DNA of 64,000 nucleotides from Escherichia coli (GTDB lineage Bacteria; Pseudomonadota; Gammaproteobacteria; Enterobacterales; Enterobacteriaceae): NCBI RefSeq assembly GCF_003991155.1, contig NZ_CP031295.1; one strand, 5' to 3'. Shown piece by piece: positions 10,856 to 27,626 of this stretch (position 1 is its first letter; each line of letters starts with the position of its first letter). The notes under the pieces were generated by a model. It saw only the letters and a program-made list of their open reading frames with translations, ran no database searches and was not told where the DNA came from. The position numbers and the translations under genes were made by a program.

Positions 10856-12241
10856 ATGTTCAAATTAAAATTACTCAGCATTAGCACGATATTCATCCTG
10901 GCCGGTTGTGTCTCTCTGGCACCTGAATATCAGCGCCCGGCAGCACCGGTACCCCAGCAGTTTTCACTGTCCCGAAACAGCCTGACGCCAGCAGTGAATG
11001 GTTATCAGGATACGGGCTGGCGTAACTTTTTTGTCGATCCCCAGGTTACACGGCTGATTACTGAAGCCCTGAATAATAACCGCGATTTGAGAATGGCTGC
11101 CCTGAAGGTTGAAGAGGCCCGGGCCCAGTTCAACGTCACGGATGCAGATCGTTATCCCCAGCTGAATGCCTCATCCGGGATCACATACAGCGGTGGTCTG
11201 AAAGGCGACAAGCCGACCACACAGAAGTACGACGCGGGTCTGAAACTCAGCTATGAGCTCGATTTTTTCGGCAAACTTAAGAACATGAGTGACGCTGATC
11301 GCCAGAACTACTTTGCCAGCGAAGAAGCCCGTCGGGCCGTACACATCCTGCTGGTCTCCAGCGTTTCACAAAGTTATTTCAGCCAGCAACTGGCGTACGA
11401 ACAACTCCGTATTGCGCGGGAAACGCTGAAAAATTATCAACAGTCCTATGCTTTCGTTGAGCAACAGCTCGTGACCGGGAGTACGAACGTTCTGGCTCTT
11501 GAACAGGCCAGGGGACAAATCGAAAGTACCCGCGCCGAAATAGCCAAACGAGAAGGCGATCTGGCTCAGGCAAACAATGCCCTGCAACTGGTGCTGGGAA
11601 CGTACCGCGCACTTCCGTCAGAAAAAGGGATGAAAGGCGGGGAGATCGCACCAGTAAAATTACCACCAAATATGTCTTCACAAATTTTGCTGCAGCGACC
11701 GGATATTATGGAAGCGGAATATCAGCTGAAAGCGGCTGATGCCAATATTGGCGCAGCGCGAGCGGCCTTTTTCCCCTCCATTACCCTGACCAGTGGTCTT
11801 TCCGCAAGCAGTACGGAGCTGTCCAGCCTGTTTACGTCAGGAAGTGGAATGTGGAATTTTATCCCTAAAATTGAAATTCCTATATTTAATGCTGGCAGGA
11901 ATAAAGCCAATCTGAAGCTGGCTGAAATTCGCCAGCAACAGTCGGTGGTTAATTACGAACAAAAAATTCAGTCAGCCTTTAAGGATGTTTCCGACACGCT
12001 TGCGCTGCGCGACAGCCTTAGCCAGCAACTTGAGTCACAGCAGCGTTATCTTGATTCACTTCAGATAACTCTCCAGCGTGCCAGAGGATTGTATGCAAGT
12101 GGTGCTGTCAGTTACATCGAAGTGCTGGATGCAGAACGTTCCCTCTTCGCTACCCAGCAAACCATTCTCGATCTTACCTATTCCCGGCAGGTTAACGAAA
12201 TTAATCTGTTTACCGCGCTGGGTGGCGGTTGGGTAGAGTAA
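10856..12241 (+). CDS. silC: Outer-membrane efflux lipoprotein SilC (CusC-like)
   Basis: Start at MFKLKLL with LAGC lipobox; divergent from silR. Confidence 0.88.
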   Translation: MFKLKLLSISTIFILAGCVSLAPEYQRPAAPVPQQFSLSRNSLTPAVNGYQDTGWRNFFVDPQVTRLITEALNNNRDLRMAALKVEEARAQFNVTDADRYPQLNASSGITYSGGLKGDKPTTQKYDAGLKLSYELDFFGKLKNMSDADRQNYFASEEARRAVHILLVSSVSQSYFSQQLAYEQLRIARETLKNYQQSYAFVEQQLVTGSTNVLALEQARGQIESTRAEIAKREGDLAQANNALQLVLGTYRALPSEKGMKGGEIAPVKLPPNMSSQILLQRPDIMEAEYQLKAADANIGAARAAFFPSITLTSGLSASSTELSSLFTSGSGMWNFIPKIEIPIFNAGRNKANLKLAEIRQQQSVVNYEQKIQSAFKDVSDTLALRDSLSQQLESQQRYLDSLQITLQRARGLYASGAVSYIEVLDAERSLFATQQTILDLTYSRQVNEINLFTALGGGWVE

Positions 12242-12268
12242 ATTTATTTAATTAATCAGGAAATTAAA

Positions 12269-12622
12269 ATGCGTAATTCACTTAAAGCCGTTTTATTTGG
12301 TGCCTTCTCTGTCATGTTTTCTGCCGGTCTTCATGCTGAAACACATCAGCATGGCGATATGAATACTGCCAGTGATGCTTCGGTACAGCAAGTTATCAAG
12401 GGCACCGGTGTCGTTAAAGACATTGATATGAATACTAAGAAAATCACCATTTCGCATGAAGCAATTCCAGCGGTGGGCTGGCCTGCAATGACCATGCGCT
12501 TTACTTTTGTTAATGCAGACGATGCTATTAATGCCCTGAAAACAGGCAACCATGTCGATTTCTCGTTTATTCAGCAGGGCAATATCTCCTTACTCAAAAG
12601 CATTAACGTGACGCAGTCCTGA
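12269..12622 (+). CDS. silF: Periplasmic metallochaperone SilF (CusF-like)
   Basis: 117 aa with signal peptide; position between silC and silB. Confidence 0.85.
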   Translation: MRNSLKAVLFGAFSVMFSAGLHAETHQHGDMNTASDASVQQVIKGTGVVKDIDMNTKKITISHEAIPAVGWPAMTMRFTFVNADDAINALKTGNHVDFSFIQQGNISLLKSINVTQS

Positions 12623-12735
12623 TTGGCTGTCCGGAGCGATTACATCCTGTGCGCCTGTACATTCACATAGGTATATGTGTGAGTTAACCGTCAGGCGCAT
12701 ATGCCAGGTGTTTTGATTTTTTAGCGGAAAATTGT

Positions 12736-14028
12736 ATGGCTTCTTTAAAGATAAAATATGCTGCAATAATTATCAGCAGCCTCATAGCAGGGGGGCTGAT
12801 ATCGGTTACTGCCTGGCAGTATGTAAACTCATCACAAAAAACAGTACAAACCGAACAAAAGGCACCGGAGCGAAAGGTACTTTTCTGGTATGACCCGATG
12901 AAACCGGATACCAAATTTGATAAACCCGGAAAATCGCCCTTTATGGATATGGACCTGGTGCCAAAATATGCTGATGACAGTGGCGATAAAAGCAGTGGCG
13001 GGATCCGTATCGACCCAACCCAGGTTCAGAATCTGGGATTAAAAACGCAAAAAGTCACGCGAGGAATGCTGAATTATTCTCAGACAATCCCGGCTAATGT
13101 CAGCTATAACGAGTATCAGTTTGTTATTGTGCAGGCGCGTTCTGACGGGTTTGTCGAAAAAGTCTACCCCATGACGATTGGCGATCATGTGAAGAAGGGG
13201 ACGCCACTTATCGATATTACCATTCCGGACTGGGTGGAAGCACAGAGTGAATTCCTTCTGTTATCCAGCACCGGTGGTACTTCCACGCAAATTAAAGGCG
13301 TTCTGGAACGGCTTCGCCTGGCAGGTATGCCGGAAGAGGATATTCAGAGACTGCGTTCTACCCGGAGCATTCAGACCCGTTTTACCATTAAAGCACCTAT
13401 TGATGGTGTCATTACTGCATTTGACCTGCGCACCGGCATGAATATTTCGAAAGATAAGGTGGTGGCTCAGATTCAGGGAATGGACCCGGTCTGGATCAGC
13501 GCTGCAGTGCCAGAATCTATCGCCTATCTGCTGAAAGATACGTCGCAGTTTGAAATTTCGGTACCGGCTTATCCGGATAAAACATTCCATGTCGAAAAAT
13601 GGAATATTCTTCCCAGCGTGGATCAGATAACCCGTACGCTTCAGGTCCGTCTCCAGGTTTCTAATAAGGATGAGTTTCTCAAGCCGGGCATGAATGCCTA
13701 TCTGAAACTGAATACCAGAAGCCAGGAGATGCTGCTGATACCAAGCCAGGCCGTTATCGATACCGGCAAAGAACAGCGCGTGATTACTGTTGATGATGAA
13801 GGCAAGTTTGTGCCGAAACAGATCCACGTTCTGCATGAATCACAGCAACAGTCCGGCATCGGCTCCGGCCTGAATGAAGGCGATACCGTGGTGGTCAGTG
13901 GCCTGTTCCTCATTGACTCCGAAGCCAATATTACGGGCGCGCTGGAACGTATGCGCCACCCTGAAAAAACAAAAAGCAGTATGCCAGCAATGTCTGACCA
14001 GCCTGTAAATATGCATTCAGGGCACTGA
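12736..14028 (+). CDS. silB: Membrane fusion protein SilB (CusB-like)
   Basis: 430 aa; operon position and similarity. Confidence 0.88.
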   Translation: MASLKIKYAAIIISSLIAGGLISVTAWQYVNSSQKTVQTEQKAPERKVLFWYDPMKPDTKFDKPGKSPFMDMDLVPKYADDSGDKSSGGIRIDPTQVQNLGLKTQKVTRGMLNYSQTIPANVSYNEYQFVIVQARSDGFVEKVYPMTIGDHVKKGTPLIDITIPDWVEAQSEFLLLSSTGGTSTQIKGVLERLRLAGMPEEDIQRLRSTRSIQTRFTIKAPIDGVITAFDLRTGMNISKDKVVAQIQGMDPVWISAAVPESIAYLLKDTSQFEISVPAYPDKTFHVEKWNILPSVDQITRTLQVRLQVSNKDEFLKPGMNAYLKLNTRSQEMLLIPSQAVIDTGKEQRVITVDDEGKFVPKQIHVLHESQQQSGIGSGLNEGDTVVVSGLFLIDSEANITGALERMRHPEKTKSSMPAMSDQPVNMHSGH

Positions 14029-14038
14029 GGAGACGACG

Positions 14039-17000
14039 ATGATTGAATGGATTATCCGGCGCTCTGTCGCCAACCGTTTCCTGGTCATGATGGGGGCCCT
14101 GTTTCTCAGCATCTGGGGAACATGGACGATTATTAACACGCCGGTAGATGCCTTGCCTGACCTGTCAGATGTGCAGGTCATTATCAAAACCAGCTATCCC
14201 GGCCAGGCCCCGCAGATTGTAGAAAACCAGGTCACCTATCCGCTTACCACCACCATGCTGTCCGTGCCTGGCGCAAAAACCGTGCGTGGTTTTTCACAGT
14301 TCGGGGATTCGTATGTGTATGTCATTTTTGAAGACGGCACCGATCTGTACTGGGCGCGCTCTCGCGTGCTGGAGTATCTGAATCAGGTTCAGGGAAAACT
14401 GCCTGCTGGTGTGAGTTCTGAAATCGGTCCTGATGCCACGGGTGTGGGCTGGATTTTTGAATATGCCCTTGTCGATCGCAGCGGAAAACACGACCTTTCA
14501 GAACTGCGTTCTCTGCAGGACTGGTTCCTGAAGTTTGAGCTGAAAACCATTCCTAATGTCGCTGAAGTTGCATCCGTAGGCGGCGTGGTTAAGCAGTATC
14601 AGATCCAGCTTGACCCGGTAAAACTGACGCAGTACGGCATCAGTCTGCCAGAAGTAAAACAAGCTCTTAGCTCATCTAACCAGGAAGCCGGTGGCTCATC
14701 TGTTGAAATTGCTGAGTCAGAGTATATGGTCCGGGCCAGCGGTTATCTTCAGACTATTGATGATTTCAAAAATATCGTCCTGAAAACGGGGGAAAATGGA
14801 GTACCTGTTTACCTGCGTGATGTTGCCCGCATACAAATGGGACCGGAAATGCGGCGTGGTATCGCTGAGCTTAACGGTCAGGGCGAAGTCGCTGGCGGAG
14901 TGGTGATCCTGCGTTCGGGCAAAAATGCACGCGAAGTCATTACGGCGGTGAGGGATAAACTGGACACGCTGAAGGCAAGCCTGCCTGAAGGAGTGGAGAT
15001 CGTAACGACATACGATCGCAGCCAGTTAATCGATCGTGCGATTGACAACCTCAGTTACAAGCTTCTTGAAGAGTTTATCGTTGTTGCTGTCGTTTGCGCA
15101 CTGTTCCTCTGGCATGTCCGTTCTGCCCTGGTGGCGATTATTTCTCTGCCACTTGGCCTGTGTATCGCCTTTATCGTCATGCACTTCCAGGGGCTGAATG
15201 CCAACATTATGTCGCTGGGAGGGATTGCAATAGCCGTCGGAGCGATGGTGGATGCCGCCATCGTCATGATCGAAAACGCGCATAAACGGCTTGAGGAGTG
15301 GGACCATCAGCATCCCGGGGAACAGATTGATAATGCCACCCGCTGGAAGGTTATCACTGACGCCTCCGTTGAAGTGGGTCCAGCGCTGTTTATCAGCCTG
15401 CTGATTATCACATTATCGTTCATTCCTATTTTTACCCTGGAAGGGCAGGAAGGGCGTCTGTTTGGTCCGCTGGCCTTTACAAAAACGTATTCCATGGCGG
15501 GTGCAGCCATACTGGCAATCATTGTTATCCCTATTCTGATGGGGTTCTGGATCCGCGGGAAAATTCCTGCTGAGACCAGTAACCCACTGAACCGGTTGCT
15601 GATTAAAGCGTATCACCCGTTACTGCTCAGGGTACTACACTGGCCAAAAACAACCCTGCTGGTTGCGGCTTTATCCATTTTCACTGTTATCTGGCCACTG
15701 AGTCAGGTGGGCGGCGAGTTTTTACCGAAGATTAACGAAGGTGACCTGTTGTATATGCCGTCAACGTTACCTGGCGTGTCTCCTGGAGAAGCTGCTGCGC
15801 TCTTACAGACCACGGACAAACTAATCAAAACGGTGCCTGAAGTGGCCTCAGTTTTTGGCAAGACCGGTAAGGCTGAGACCGCCACGGATTCTGCTCCGCT
15901 CGAAATGATGGAAACCACCATCCAACTGAAACCTGAGGATCAGTGGCGTCCAGGCATGACGATTGACAAGATTATTGAAGAACTCGACAGGACCGTCCGT
16001 TTACCGGGTCTGGCCAACCTCTGGGTACCGCCTATCCGTAACCGTATTGATATGCTCTCAACCGGCATTAAAAGTCCGATAGGTATTAAGGTATCGGGTA
16101 CTGTTCTGTCGGATATCGATGTAACAGCACAGAGTATCGAAGCAGTCGCTAAAACCGTACCTGGTGTGGTTTCCGCACTGGCTGAACGACTGGAAGGTGG
16201 ACGTTATATTGATGTGGACATTAACCGGGAAAAAGCTTCCCGGTACGGGATGACTGTGGGCGACGTCCAGCTGTTCGTCTCTTCAGCAATCGGTGGGGCT
16301 ATGGTGGGTGAGACGGTTGAAGGCGTGGCCCGGTACCCTATTAACATTCGCTATCCGCAGGATTACCGTAACAGTCCGCAGGCGTTGAGAGAGATGCCAA
16401 TCCTGACCCCAATGAAGCAGCAAATTACGCTGGGCGATGTTGCCGATATTAAGGTCGTTTCCGGACCAACCATGCTGAAAACCGAAAATGCCCGTCCAGC
16501 CAGCTGGATTTACATTGACGCGCGCGGCAGGGATATGGTGTCGGTGGTTAATGACATTAAAACGGCGATCAGTCAGAAAGTGAAACTGAGACCGGGTACC
16601 AGCGTGTCATTCTCCGGACAGTTTGAACTGCTTGAGCATGCCAACAAGAAACTGAAGCTGATGGTGCCGATGACGGTGATGATCATCTTCATCCTGTTGT
16701 ATCTGGCATTCCGCCGGGCTGATGAGGCCTTACTTATTCTGATGAGCCTGCCGTTTGCGCTGGTAGGCGGGATATGGTTCCTGTACTGGCAGGGCTTCCA
16801 TATGTCTGTCGCAACCGGCACCGGGTTTATCGCCCTGGCCGGGGTGGCAGCAGAGTTTGGCGTGGTCATGCTGATGTATCTGCGTCATGCCATTGAAGCG
16901 CACCCGGAATTGTCCCGTAAAGAGACGTTCACACCGGAAGGCCTTGATGAAGCCCTCTATCATGGTGCCGTACTGCGTGTCCGGCCGAAAGCCATGACCG

Positions 17001-17185
17001 TGGCGGTGATCATTGCGGGTCTGCTGCCAATACTCTGGGGAACCGGTGCAGGTTCAGAAGTCATGAGCCGTATCGCGGCACCCATGATTGGTGGGATGAT
17101 CACGGCTCCGCTGCTGTCCCTGTTCATTATTCCTGCCGCCTACAAATTAATCTGGCTGCGCAGACATAAAAAAAGCGTGTCCTGA
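14039..17185 (+). CDS. silA: RND efflux pump SilA (CusA-like)
   Basis: 1048 aa, 12-TM RND architecture. Confidence 0.92.
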   Translation: MIEWIIRRSVANRFLVMMGALFLSIWGTWTIINTPVDALPDLSDVQVIIKTSYPGQAPQIVENQVTYPLTTTMLSVPGAKTVRGFSQFGDSYVYVIFEDGTDLYWARSRVLEYLNQVQGKLPAGVSSEIGPDATGVGWIFEYALVDRSGKHDLSELRSLQDWFLKFELKTIPNVAEVASVGGVVKQYQIQLDPVKLTQYGISLPEVKQALSSSNQEAGGSSVEIAESEYMVRASGYLQTIDDFKNIVLKTGENGVPVYLRDVARIQMGPEMRRGIAELNGQGEVAGGVVILRSGKNAREVITAVRDKLDTLKASLPEGVEIVTTYDRSQLIDRAIDNLSYKLLEEFIVVAVVCALFLWHVRSALVAIISLPLGLCIAFIVMHFQGLNANIMSLGGIAIAVGAMVDAAIVMIENAHKRLEEWDHQHPGEQIDNATRWKVITDASVEVGPALFISLLIITLSFIPIFTLEGQEGRLFGPLAFTKTYSMAGAAILAIIVIPILMGFWIRGKIPAETSNPLNRLLIKAYHPLLLRVLHWPKTTLLVAALSIFTVIWPLSQVGGEFLPKINEGDLLYMPSTLPGVSPGEAAALLQTTDKLIKTVPEVASVFGKTGKAETATDSAPLEMMETTIQLKPEDQWRPGMTIDKIIEELDRTVRLPGLANLWVPPIRNRIDMLSTGIKSPIGIKVSGTVLSDIDVTAQSIEAVAKTVPGVVSALAERLEGGRYIDVDINREKASRYGMTVGDVQLFVSSAIGGAMVGETVEGVARYPINIRYPQDYRNSPQALREMPILTPMKQQITLGDVADIKVVSGPTMLKTENARPASWIYIDARGRDMVSVVNDIKTAISQKVKLRPGTSVSFSGQFELLEHANKKLKLMVPMTVMIIFILLYLAFRRADEALLILMSLPFALVGGIWFLYWQGFHMSVATGTGFIALAGVAAEFGVVMLMYLRHAIEAHPELSRKETFTPEGLDEALYHGAVLRVRPKAMTVAVIIAGLLPILWGTGAGSEVMSRIAAPMIGGMITAPLLSLFIIPAAYKLIWLRRHKKSVS

Positions 17186-17271
17186 ACCTGAAAGGGCACC
17201 CCCTGTGGGTGTCCTTCTTTACTGATTCACCCTGACGTCAGGGTTTATATCGATAATATACAGAGGTGAGT

Positions 17272-17712
17272 ATGAAAAAAGTGGTTCTAATAGCGCTGGC
17301 TCTCGGCCTTTCACTACCCGCGATGGCGAGTGAAAAAGTGATTGATATGTACAAATCTGAAAACTGTGGCTGTTGTTCCCTGTGGGGCAAAGCGATGGAA
17401 AAAGACGGGTTTGAAGTACGAACTCACATCATGAATGATCAGGCGCTGTCAGCCCTGAAAGAAAAGCATGCTATTCCTGCAGGACTACGAAGTTGTCATA
17501 CCGCGGTTGCCGGTAATTTGATCATTGAAGGCCATGTGCCTGCGACAACGATACATAAGGCAATGCAGTCTGGTTCGGGTATATACGGTCTCGCCACCCC
17601 CGGTATGCCAGCAGGAAGTCCTGGAATGGAGATGGGAGCCCGAAAAGAGGCTTACGATGTTATCGCATTCTCACCGGATGGAAGTAAAAAAGTCTTCCAG
17701 CGAATCGAATAG
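17272..17712 (+). CDS. silG: SilG/ORF105-like DUF411 periplasmic metal-binding protein
   Basis: Signal peptide; CGCCSLW motif; between silA and silP. Confidence 0.75.
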   Translation: MKKVVLIALALGLSLPAMASEKVIDMYKSENCGCCSLWGKAMEKDGFEVRTHIMNDQALSALKEKHAIPAGLRSCHTAVAGNLIIEGHVPATTIHKAMQSGSGIYGLATPGMPAGSPGMEMGARKEAYDVIAFSPDGSKKVFQRIE

Positions 17713-17838
17713 TCAGCGGAACGGCTGATAACGGGACGCCGGTAGCAGGCACTCCTGTGCCGGCGATATTCGTGGTAATCGCATCCATGACATACCCTGA
17801 AGACAAAAATGCTTCAGATATGCATAAGGAGAGTTACA

Positions 17839-20286
17839 GTGAAAAATAACAATGCAGTGCAACACAACAACCAGACTGCTTCTGAGCAGACATTATCCCC
17901 GGACGAGGGCCACGTATTGCATAAGGTGAGAGATCCCGTGTGCGGGATGGCCATCCTGCCCGACAGGGCGCACAGCAGCATTCGATACCAGGACCATCAA
18001 CTTTATTTCTGCTCCGCCAGCTGTGAGAGTAAATTTAAAGCCCATCCCGATCGTTATCTTACCGAAGATGCCAGTGAACATTCCCATCACCATCACCACG
18101 ATCATCACGAAGTCAGCCCTGATCAGATAAAACAGCCTCACCACCAGGCGGAAAAAGAGAATTCTGAAGGTGTGTGGACATGTCCGATGCACCCGGAGAT
18201 ACGCCGCAGTGGTCCCGGAAGCTGTCCTGTCTGTGGAATGGCACTGGAGCCGCTCGTAGCTACGGCATCCACGGGGCCGAGTGATGAACTTCACGACATG
18301 ACAAGACGCTTCTGGCTGGGGTTGTTGCTGGCGTTTCCGGTTCTGGTACTCGAAATGGGATCTCATCTGTTTCCCGACTTGAGGAATACAGTACCGCCAC
18401 AGTACAACACATGGCTGCAGTTGCTTCTGGCCTCCCCTGTCGTGTTGTGGTGTGGCTGGCCATTCTTCGCCCGGGCCGGAATGTCGTTACGTAACCGCTC
18501 CCTGAATATGTTTACCCTTGTTGCAATGGGGACCGGCGTAGCCTGGGTTTACAGCGTCATTGCAACCGTCTTCCCCTCCTGGTTTCCTGCATCGTTCAGA
18601 AACATGGATGGCCTGGTGGCCGTTTATTTTGAAGCCGCAGCAGTTATTACGGTGCTTGTTCTGCTGGGACAGGTTCTTGAGCTGCGGGCACGGGAACAAA
18701 CCTCAGGCGCCATTACTGCGCTTCTGAACCTTGCCCCCAAAACCGCCAGACGGCTGGATCATGACGGTCATGAAACGGATATTAATGCGGAAGATGTCCT
18801 GCCTGGCGATAAGCTCCGCATCAGACCTGGAGAGAGTATTCCGGTCGACGGTATCGTGATCGAAGGCAAAACAACCGTTGATGAATCGATGGTGACCGGG
18901 GAGTCTATGCCGGTTACCAAAACGAAGGATGACCCTGTCATTGGGGGGACGATTAATCAGACAGGTAGTCTTATCATCCGTGCAGAGAAAGTCGGTGATG
19001 AAACGATGCTCTCACGAATTGTTCAGATGGTCGCTGATGCACAGCGTTCGCGTGCCCCCATCCAGAGAATGGCTGACAGCGTTTCAGGCTGGTTTGTTCC
19101 TCTGGTGATACTTATCGCGGTTGTTGCTTTCGTGATCTGGTCTGTCTGGGGGCCCGAGCCCAGGATGGCGCACGGTCTGATTGCGGCTGTGTCGGTCCTG
19201 ATTATTGCCTGCCCCTGCGCACTGGGGCTGGCCACACCGATGTCGATAATGGTGGGGGTAGGCAAAGGAGCCCAGGCCGGGGTGTTAATCAGGAATGCCG
19301 AAGCCCTTGAGCGTCTTGAAAAAGTGGACACGCTGGTTGTCGACAAAACAGGCACGCTCACGGAAGGTTCGCCTACGGTGACAGGGATTATCAGTCTCAA
19401 TCCGGGTGGGGAAGCATCTCTTTTACGTGTAGCGGCCGCAGTGGAAAAAGGCTCGCAGCATCCGCTGGGTATGGCTGTAGTCCGGGCAGCCCAGCACAGG
19501 GGGATCATGATACCCGCAGTCAGTGATTTCAATGCTCCGTCGGGGAAAGGTGTTTCAGGCGATGTTGAAGGTCAACGGGTTGTTATTGGTAATGAACTGG
19601 CTATGCAGGAAAACAGTATCGTTATTGATAATCAAAAGGCCGTTGCGGATAAGTTGCGGATGGAAGGCGCTACCGTTATCTATGTGGCCACAGATGGGTA
19701 CCTTGCAGGCCTGATAGCTATCTCGGATCCCGTGAAAGCAACCACGCCGGATGCACTTAAAGCGTTGCGTCAGGCGGGGATCCGCATCGTTATGCTCACC
19801 GGGGATAACCAGCTTACCGCTGAAGCAGTCGCACGGAAACTGGGAATAGATGAGGTTGAAGCCGGGATTCTGCCGGATGGCAAAAAAGCAGTGATAACCC
19901 GACTGAAAGCGTCTGGCCATGTGGTTGCGATGGCCGGAGACGGTGTGAATGATGCCCCGGCGCTGGCAGCGGCTGACGTGGGAATAGCCATGGGAACGGG
20001 TACAGATGTGGCAATTGAAAGTGCCGGAGTCACCCTTCTCAAAGGCGACCTGATGATACTGAACAGGGCCCGTCATCTGTCAGAGATCACCATGAAAAAT
20101 ATCCGACAGAATCTGTTTTTTGCATTTATCTACAACGCACTTGGTGTGCCGGTGGCTGCAGGCCTGCTTTATCCTGTGTATGGAATACTGCTGTCGCCAG
20201 TTATTGCGGCGGCGGCCATGGCTCTTTCTTCCGTCAGCGTCATTGTGAATGCGTTGCGTCTGAAAAGTGTCAGGCTCGGGAAATAA
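17839..20286 (+). CDS. silP: P-type heavy-metal ATPase SilP
   Basis: CPC motif, DKTGTLT phosphorylation site, GDGVNDAPAL; GTG start with AGGAGA RBS. Confidence 0.9.
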   Translation: MKNNNAVQHNNQTASEQTLSPDEGHVLHKVRDPVCGMAILPDRAHSSIRYQDHQLYFCSASCESKFKAHPDRYLTEDASEHSHHHHHDHHEVSPDQIKQPHHQAEKENSEGVWTCPMHPEIRRSGPGSCPVCGMALEPLVATASTGPSDELHDMTRRFWLGLLLAFPVLVLEMGSHLFPDLRNTVPPQYNTWLQLLLASPVVLWCGWPFFARAGMSLRNRSLNMFTLVAMGTGVAWVYSVIATVFPSWFPASFRNMDGLVAVYFEAAAVITVLVLLGQVLELRAREQTSGAITALLNLAPKTARRLDHDGHETDINAEDVLPGDKLRIRPGESIPVDGIVIEGKTTVDESMVTGESMPVTKTKDDPVIGGTINQTGSLIIRAEKVGDETMLSRIVQMVADAQRSRAPIQRMADSVSGWFVPLVILIAVVAFVIWSVWGPEPRMAHGLIAAVSVLIIACPCALGLATPMSIMVGVGKGAQAGVLIRNAEALERLEKVDTLVVDKTGTLTEGSPTVTGIISLNPGGEASLLRVAAAVEKGSQHPLGMAVVRAAQHRGIMIPAVSDFNAPSGKGVSGDVEGQRVVIGNELAMQENSIVIDNQKAVADKLRMEGATVIYVATDGYLAGLIAISDPVKATTPDALKALRQAGIRIVMLTGDNQLTAEAVARKLGIDEVEAGILPDGKKAVITRLKASGHVVAMAGDGVNDAPALAAADVGIAMGTGTDVAIESAGVTLLKGDLMILNRARHLSEITMKNIRQNLFFAFIYNALGVPVAAGLLYPVYGILLSPVIAAAAMALSSVSVIVNALRLKSVRLGK

Positions 20287-20326
20287 CACTGAGTGAAGGG
20301 TCTGTTATGAACAGAAGGAGTCCAGT

Positions 20327-20524
20327 ATGAAAAGTACCACCTATGCGCTTATTGCTGTCGCCGCGATCGCGGCATTTGCCCTCCTGCGAGAACACTGGTC
20401 ACATGTGGCAGGTTACTGGCCATATCTGTTATTGCTGGTCTGCCCGCTAATGCATCTTTTCCACGGCCACGGAGGGCATGGGGATCACCAACATCACGGA
20501 AGTGAAAACAATAAAAAAAATTAA
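20327..20524 (+). CDS. Small His-rich membrane protein (DUF2933-like)
   Basis: 65 aa; one TM helix; HGHGGHGDHQHHG tail. Confidence 0.55.
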   Translation: MKSTTYALIAVAAIAAFALLREHWSHVAGYWPYLLLLVCPLMHLFHGHGGHGDHQHHGSENNKKN

Positions 20525-20557
20525 TCCGGCAAACGGGGCCGCGTCGCGGTCCCGTTA

Positions 20558-21283
20558 TCAGTCCAGGTATCGTTCGTAGTCTCTGGCATGCGCAAAGGCA
20601 TGCTGTTCGAGTTTGTTATCAGCGGGTGCCGATGCCCGGAACGCCAGTGAATTAACAGGATTGTTATTGATGACCAGCTCATAATGTAAATGAGGACCGG
20701 ATGAACGTCCGCTGTTACCGGATAACGCAATAGCACCTCCCCGGGTAACTCTGGCCCCTTTAGTAACGAGTATTTTATTGAGGTGGAGATAGCGAGTTTT
20801 AACACCGGCTTTTCCCGTTACTTCAACAAAATATCCCATGGTACTGTTGTATTCGGCCCGGGTGATTTTTCCGTCGATGACGCTGACTATTTTCGTGTTC
20901 ATGGGCATGGAATAATCAATGCCATTATGGGGACTCACTTTTCCCGATACCGGGTTAAGTCTTGCAGGATTGAAAGGTGAACTGAGTCTTGCTGTGGCTG
21001 GTAACGGATAATCGAGACTGCCTTTCCCGGAAGTATCGGAAAGATTATAGAACTTTTTGTCTGATATACGATACGCCGTGTAATTAAATGAGCCGGACGT
21101 AAATTTATAAGCCACTACACGTGATTTTCCCGCTTTCTTTTGCAGTACGAGTTTTAATGATTCATTTTTTTTCAAATGCCGAAGATTAAAGCGGGAAGGC
21201 AAAGAGCGCTGAAGGATAGCGATCTCGTTCGATTCCAGCCCCGAGCGGGTGGCTGAAAGGTAAGCATTTTCTTTTACGACATC
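20558..21283 (-). pseudogene. M23 peptidase (pcoG-like), 5' end truncated by IS1
   Basis: M23 motifs (HNGIDY, GPHLHYE); reading frame stays open across the IS1 boundary. Confidence 0.7.
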
Positions 21284-21298
21284 GGTAATGACTCCAAC

Positions 21299-21802
21299 TT
21301 ATTGATAGTGTTTTATGTTCAGATAATGCCCGATGACTTTGTCATGCAGCTCCACCGATTTTGAAAACGACAGCGACTTCCGTCCCAGCCGTGCCAGGTG
21401 CTGCCTCAGATTCAGGTTATGCCGCTCAATTCGCTGCGTATATCGCTTGCTGATTACGTGCAGCTTTCCCTTCAGGCGGGATTCATACAGCGGCCAGCCA
21501 TCCGTCATCCATATCACCACGTCAAAGGGTGACAGCAGGCTCATAAGACGCCCCAGCGTCGCCATAGTGCGTTCACCGAATACGTGCGCAACAACCGTCT
21601 TCCGGAGCCTGTCATACGCGTAAAACAGCCAGCGCTGGCGCGATTTAGCCCCGACGTATCCCCACTGTTCGTCCATTTCCGCGCAGACGATGACGTCACT
21701 GCCCGGCTGTATGCGCGAGGTTACCGACTGCGGCCTGAGTTTTTTAAATGGCGGAAAATCGTGTTGAGGCCAACGCCCATAATGCGGGCGGTTGCCCGGC
21801 AT
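21299..21802 (-). CDS. insB: IS1 InsB
   Basis: 167-aa ORF matching InsB (natural InsAB' frameshift arrangement). Confidence 0.9.
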   Translation of the reverse strand: MPGNRPHYGRWPQHDFPPFKKLRPQSVTSRIQPGSDVIVCAEMDEQWGYVGAKSRQRWLFYAYDRLRKTVVAHVFGERTMATLGRLMSLLSPFDVVIWMTDGWPLYESRLKGKLHVISKRYTQRIERHNLNLRQHLARLGRKSLSFSKSVELHDKVIGHYLNIKHYQ

Positions 21803-21996
21803 CCAACGCCATTCATGGCCATATCAATGATTTTCTGGTGCGTACCGGGTTGAGAAGCGGTGTAAGTGAACTGCAGTTGCCATGTTTTACGGCAATGAGA
21901 GCAGAGATAGCGCTGATGTCCGGCGGTGCTTTTGCCGTTACGCACCACTCCGTCAGTAGCTGAACAGGAGGGACAGCTGATAGAAACAGAAGCCAC
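21721..21996 (-). CDS. insA: IS1 InsA
   Basis: 91-aa ORF matching InsA. Confidence 0.9.
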   Translation of the reverse strand: MASVSISCPSCSATDGVVRNGKSTAGHQRYLCSHCRKTWQLQFTYTASQPGTHQKIIDMAMNGVGCRATARIMGVGLNTIFRHLKNSGRSR

Positions 21997-22317
21997 TGGA
22001 GCACCTCAAAAACACCATCATACACTAAATCAGTAAGTTGGCAGCATCACCGGCTCTTTCATCAGGAATTGAGAAGACTCCCTTGCTTAAATGAAACTGA
22101 TGAACATAAGGGAAATACCGTACAACCCAGCATTCACGCTGGATCAGCGTCGTTTTAGGTGAGTCATTAATAAAGATTTGGAATTGTGACAGAGTGCAAA
22201 TTCAGACACATAAAAAAACGTCATCGCTTGCATTAGAAAGGTTTCTGGCCGACCTTATAACCATTAATTACGAAGCGCAAAAAAAATAATATTTCCTCAT
22301 TTTCCACAGTGAAGTGA

Positions 22318-25054
<2,737 letters not shown>

Positions 25055-25096
25055 GTTTAGCCGGATAATACGTCGGATCCGGCTTACATCTTTATA

Positions 25097-26806
<1,710 letters not shown>

Positions 26807-27626
26807 GGCACTGTTGCAAATAGTCGGTGGTGATAAACTTATCATCCCCTTTTGCTGATGGAGCTGCACATGAACCCATTCAAAGGCCGGCATTTTCAGC
26901 GTGACATCATTCTGTGGGCCGTACGCTGGTACTGCAAATACGGCATCAGTTACCGTGAGCTGCAGGAGATGCTGGCTGAACGCGGAGTGAATGTCGATCA
27001 CTCCACGATTTACCGCTGGGTTCAGCGTTATGCGCCTGAAATGGAAAAACGGCTGCGCTGGTACTGGCGTAACCCTTCCGATCTTTGCCCGTGGCACATG
27101 GATGAAACCTACGTGAAGGTCAATGGCCGCTGGGCGTATCTGTACCGGGCCGTCGACAGCCGGGGCCGCACTGTCGATTTTTATCTCTCCTCCCGTCGTA
27201 ACAGCAAAGCTGCATACCGGTTTCTGGGTAAAATCCTCAACAACGTGAAGAAGTGGCAGATCCCGCGATTCATCAACACGGATAAAGCGCCCGCCTATGG
27301 TCGCGCGCTTGCTCTGCTCAAACGCGAAGGCCGGTGCCCGTCTGACGTTGAACACCGACAGATTAAGTACCGGAACAACGTGATTGAATGCGATCATGGC
27401 AAACTGAAACGGATAATCGGCGCCACGCTGGGATTTAAATCCATGAAGACGGCTTACGCCACCATCAAAGGTATTGAGGTGATGCGTGCACTACGCAAAG
27501 GCCAGGCCTCAGCATTTTATTATGGTGATCCCCTGGGCGAAATGCGCCTGGTAAGCAGAGTTTTTGAAATGTAAGGCCTTTGAATAAGACAAAAGGCTGC
27601 CTCATCGCTAACTTTGCAACAGTGCC
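26807..27626 (+). mobile_element. IS26 copy 1 (820 bp)
   Basis: 14-bp IRs GGCACTGTTGCAAA / TTTGCAACAGTGCC. Confidence 0.95.
26870..27574 (+). CDS. tnp26: IS26 transposase
   Basis: 234 aa [10 protein letters not shown]... Confidence 0.95.
   Translation: MNPFKGRHFQRDIILWAVRWYCKYGISYRELQEMLAERGVNVDHSTIYRWVQRYAPEMEKRLRWYWRNPSDLCPWHMDETYVKVNGRWAYLYRAVDSRGRTVDFYLSSRRNSKAAYRFLGKILNNVKKWQIPRFINTDKAPAYGRALALLKREGRCPSDVEHRQIKYRNNVIECDHGKLKRIIGATLGFKSMKTAYATIKGIEVMRALRKGQASAFYYGDPLGEMRLVSRVFEM

Larger units (their letters stand above)
21284..22051 (-). mobile_element. IS1 (768 bp)
   Basis: Termini GGTAATGACTCCAACTTATTGAT and ATCAGTAAGTTGGCAGCATCACC; insA/insB inside. Confidence 0.95.

Noticed and set aside
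13261..13836. 191-aa ORF antisense within silB
   Set aside because: Embedded antisense in silB; no independent support.
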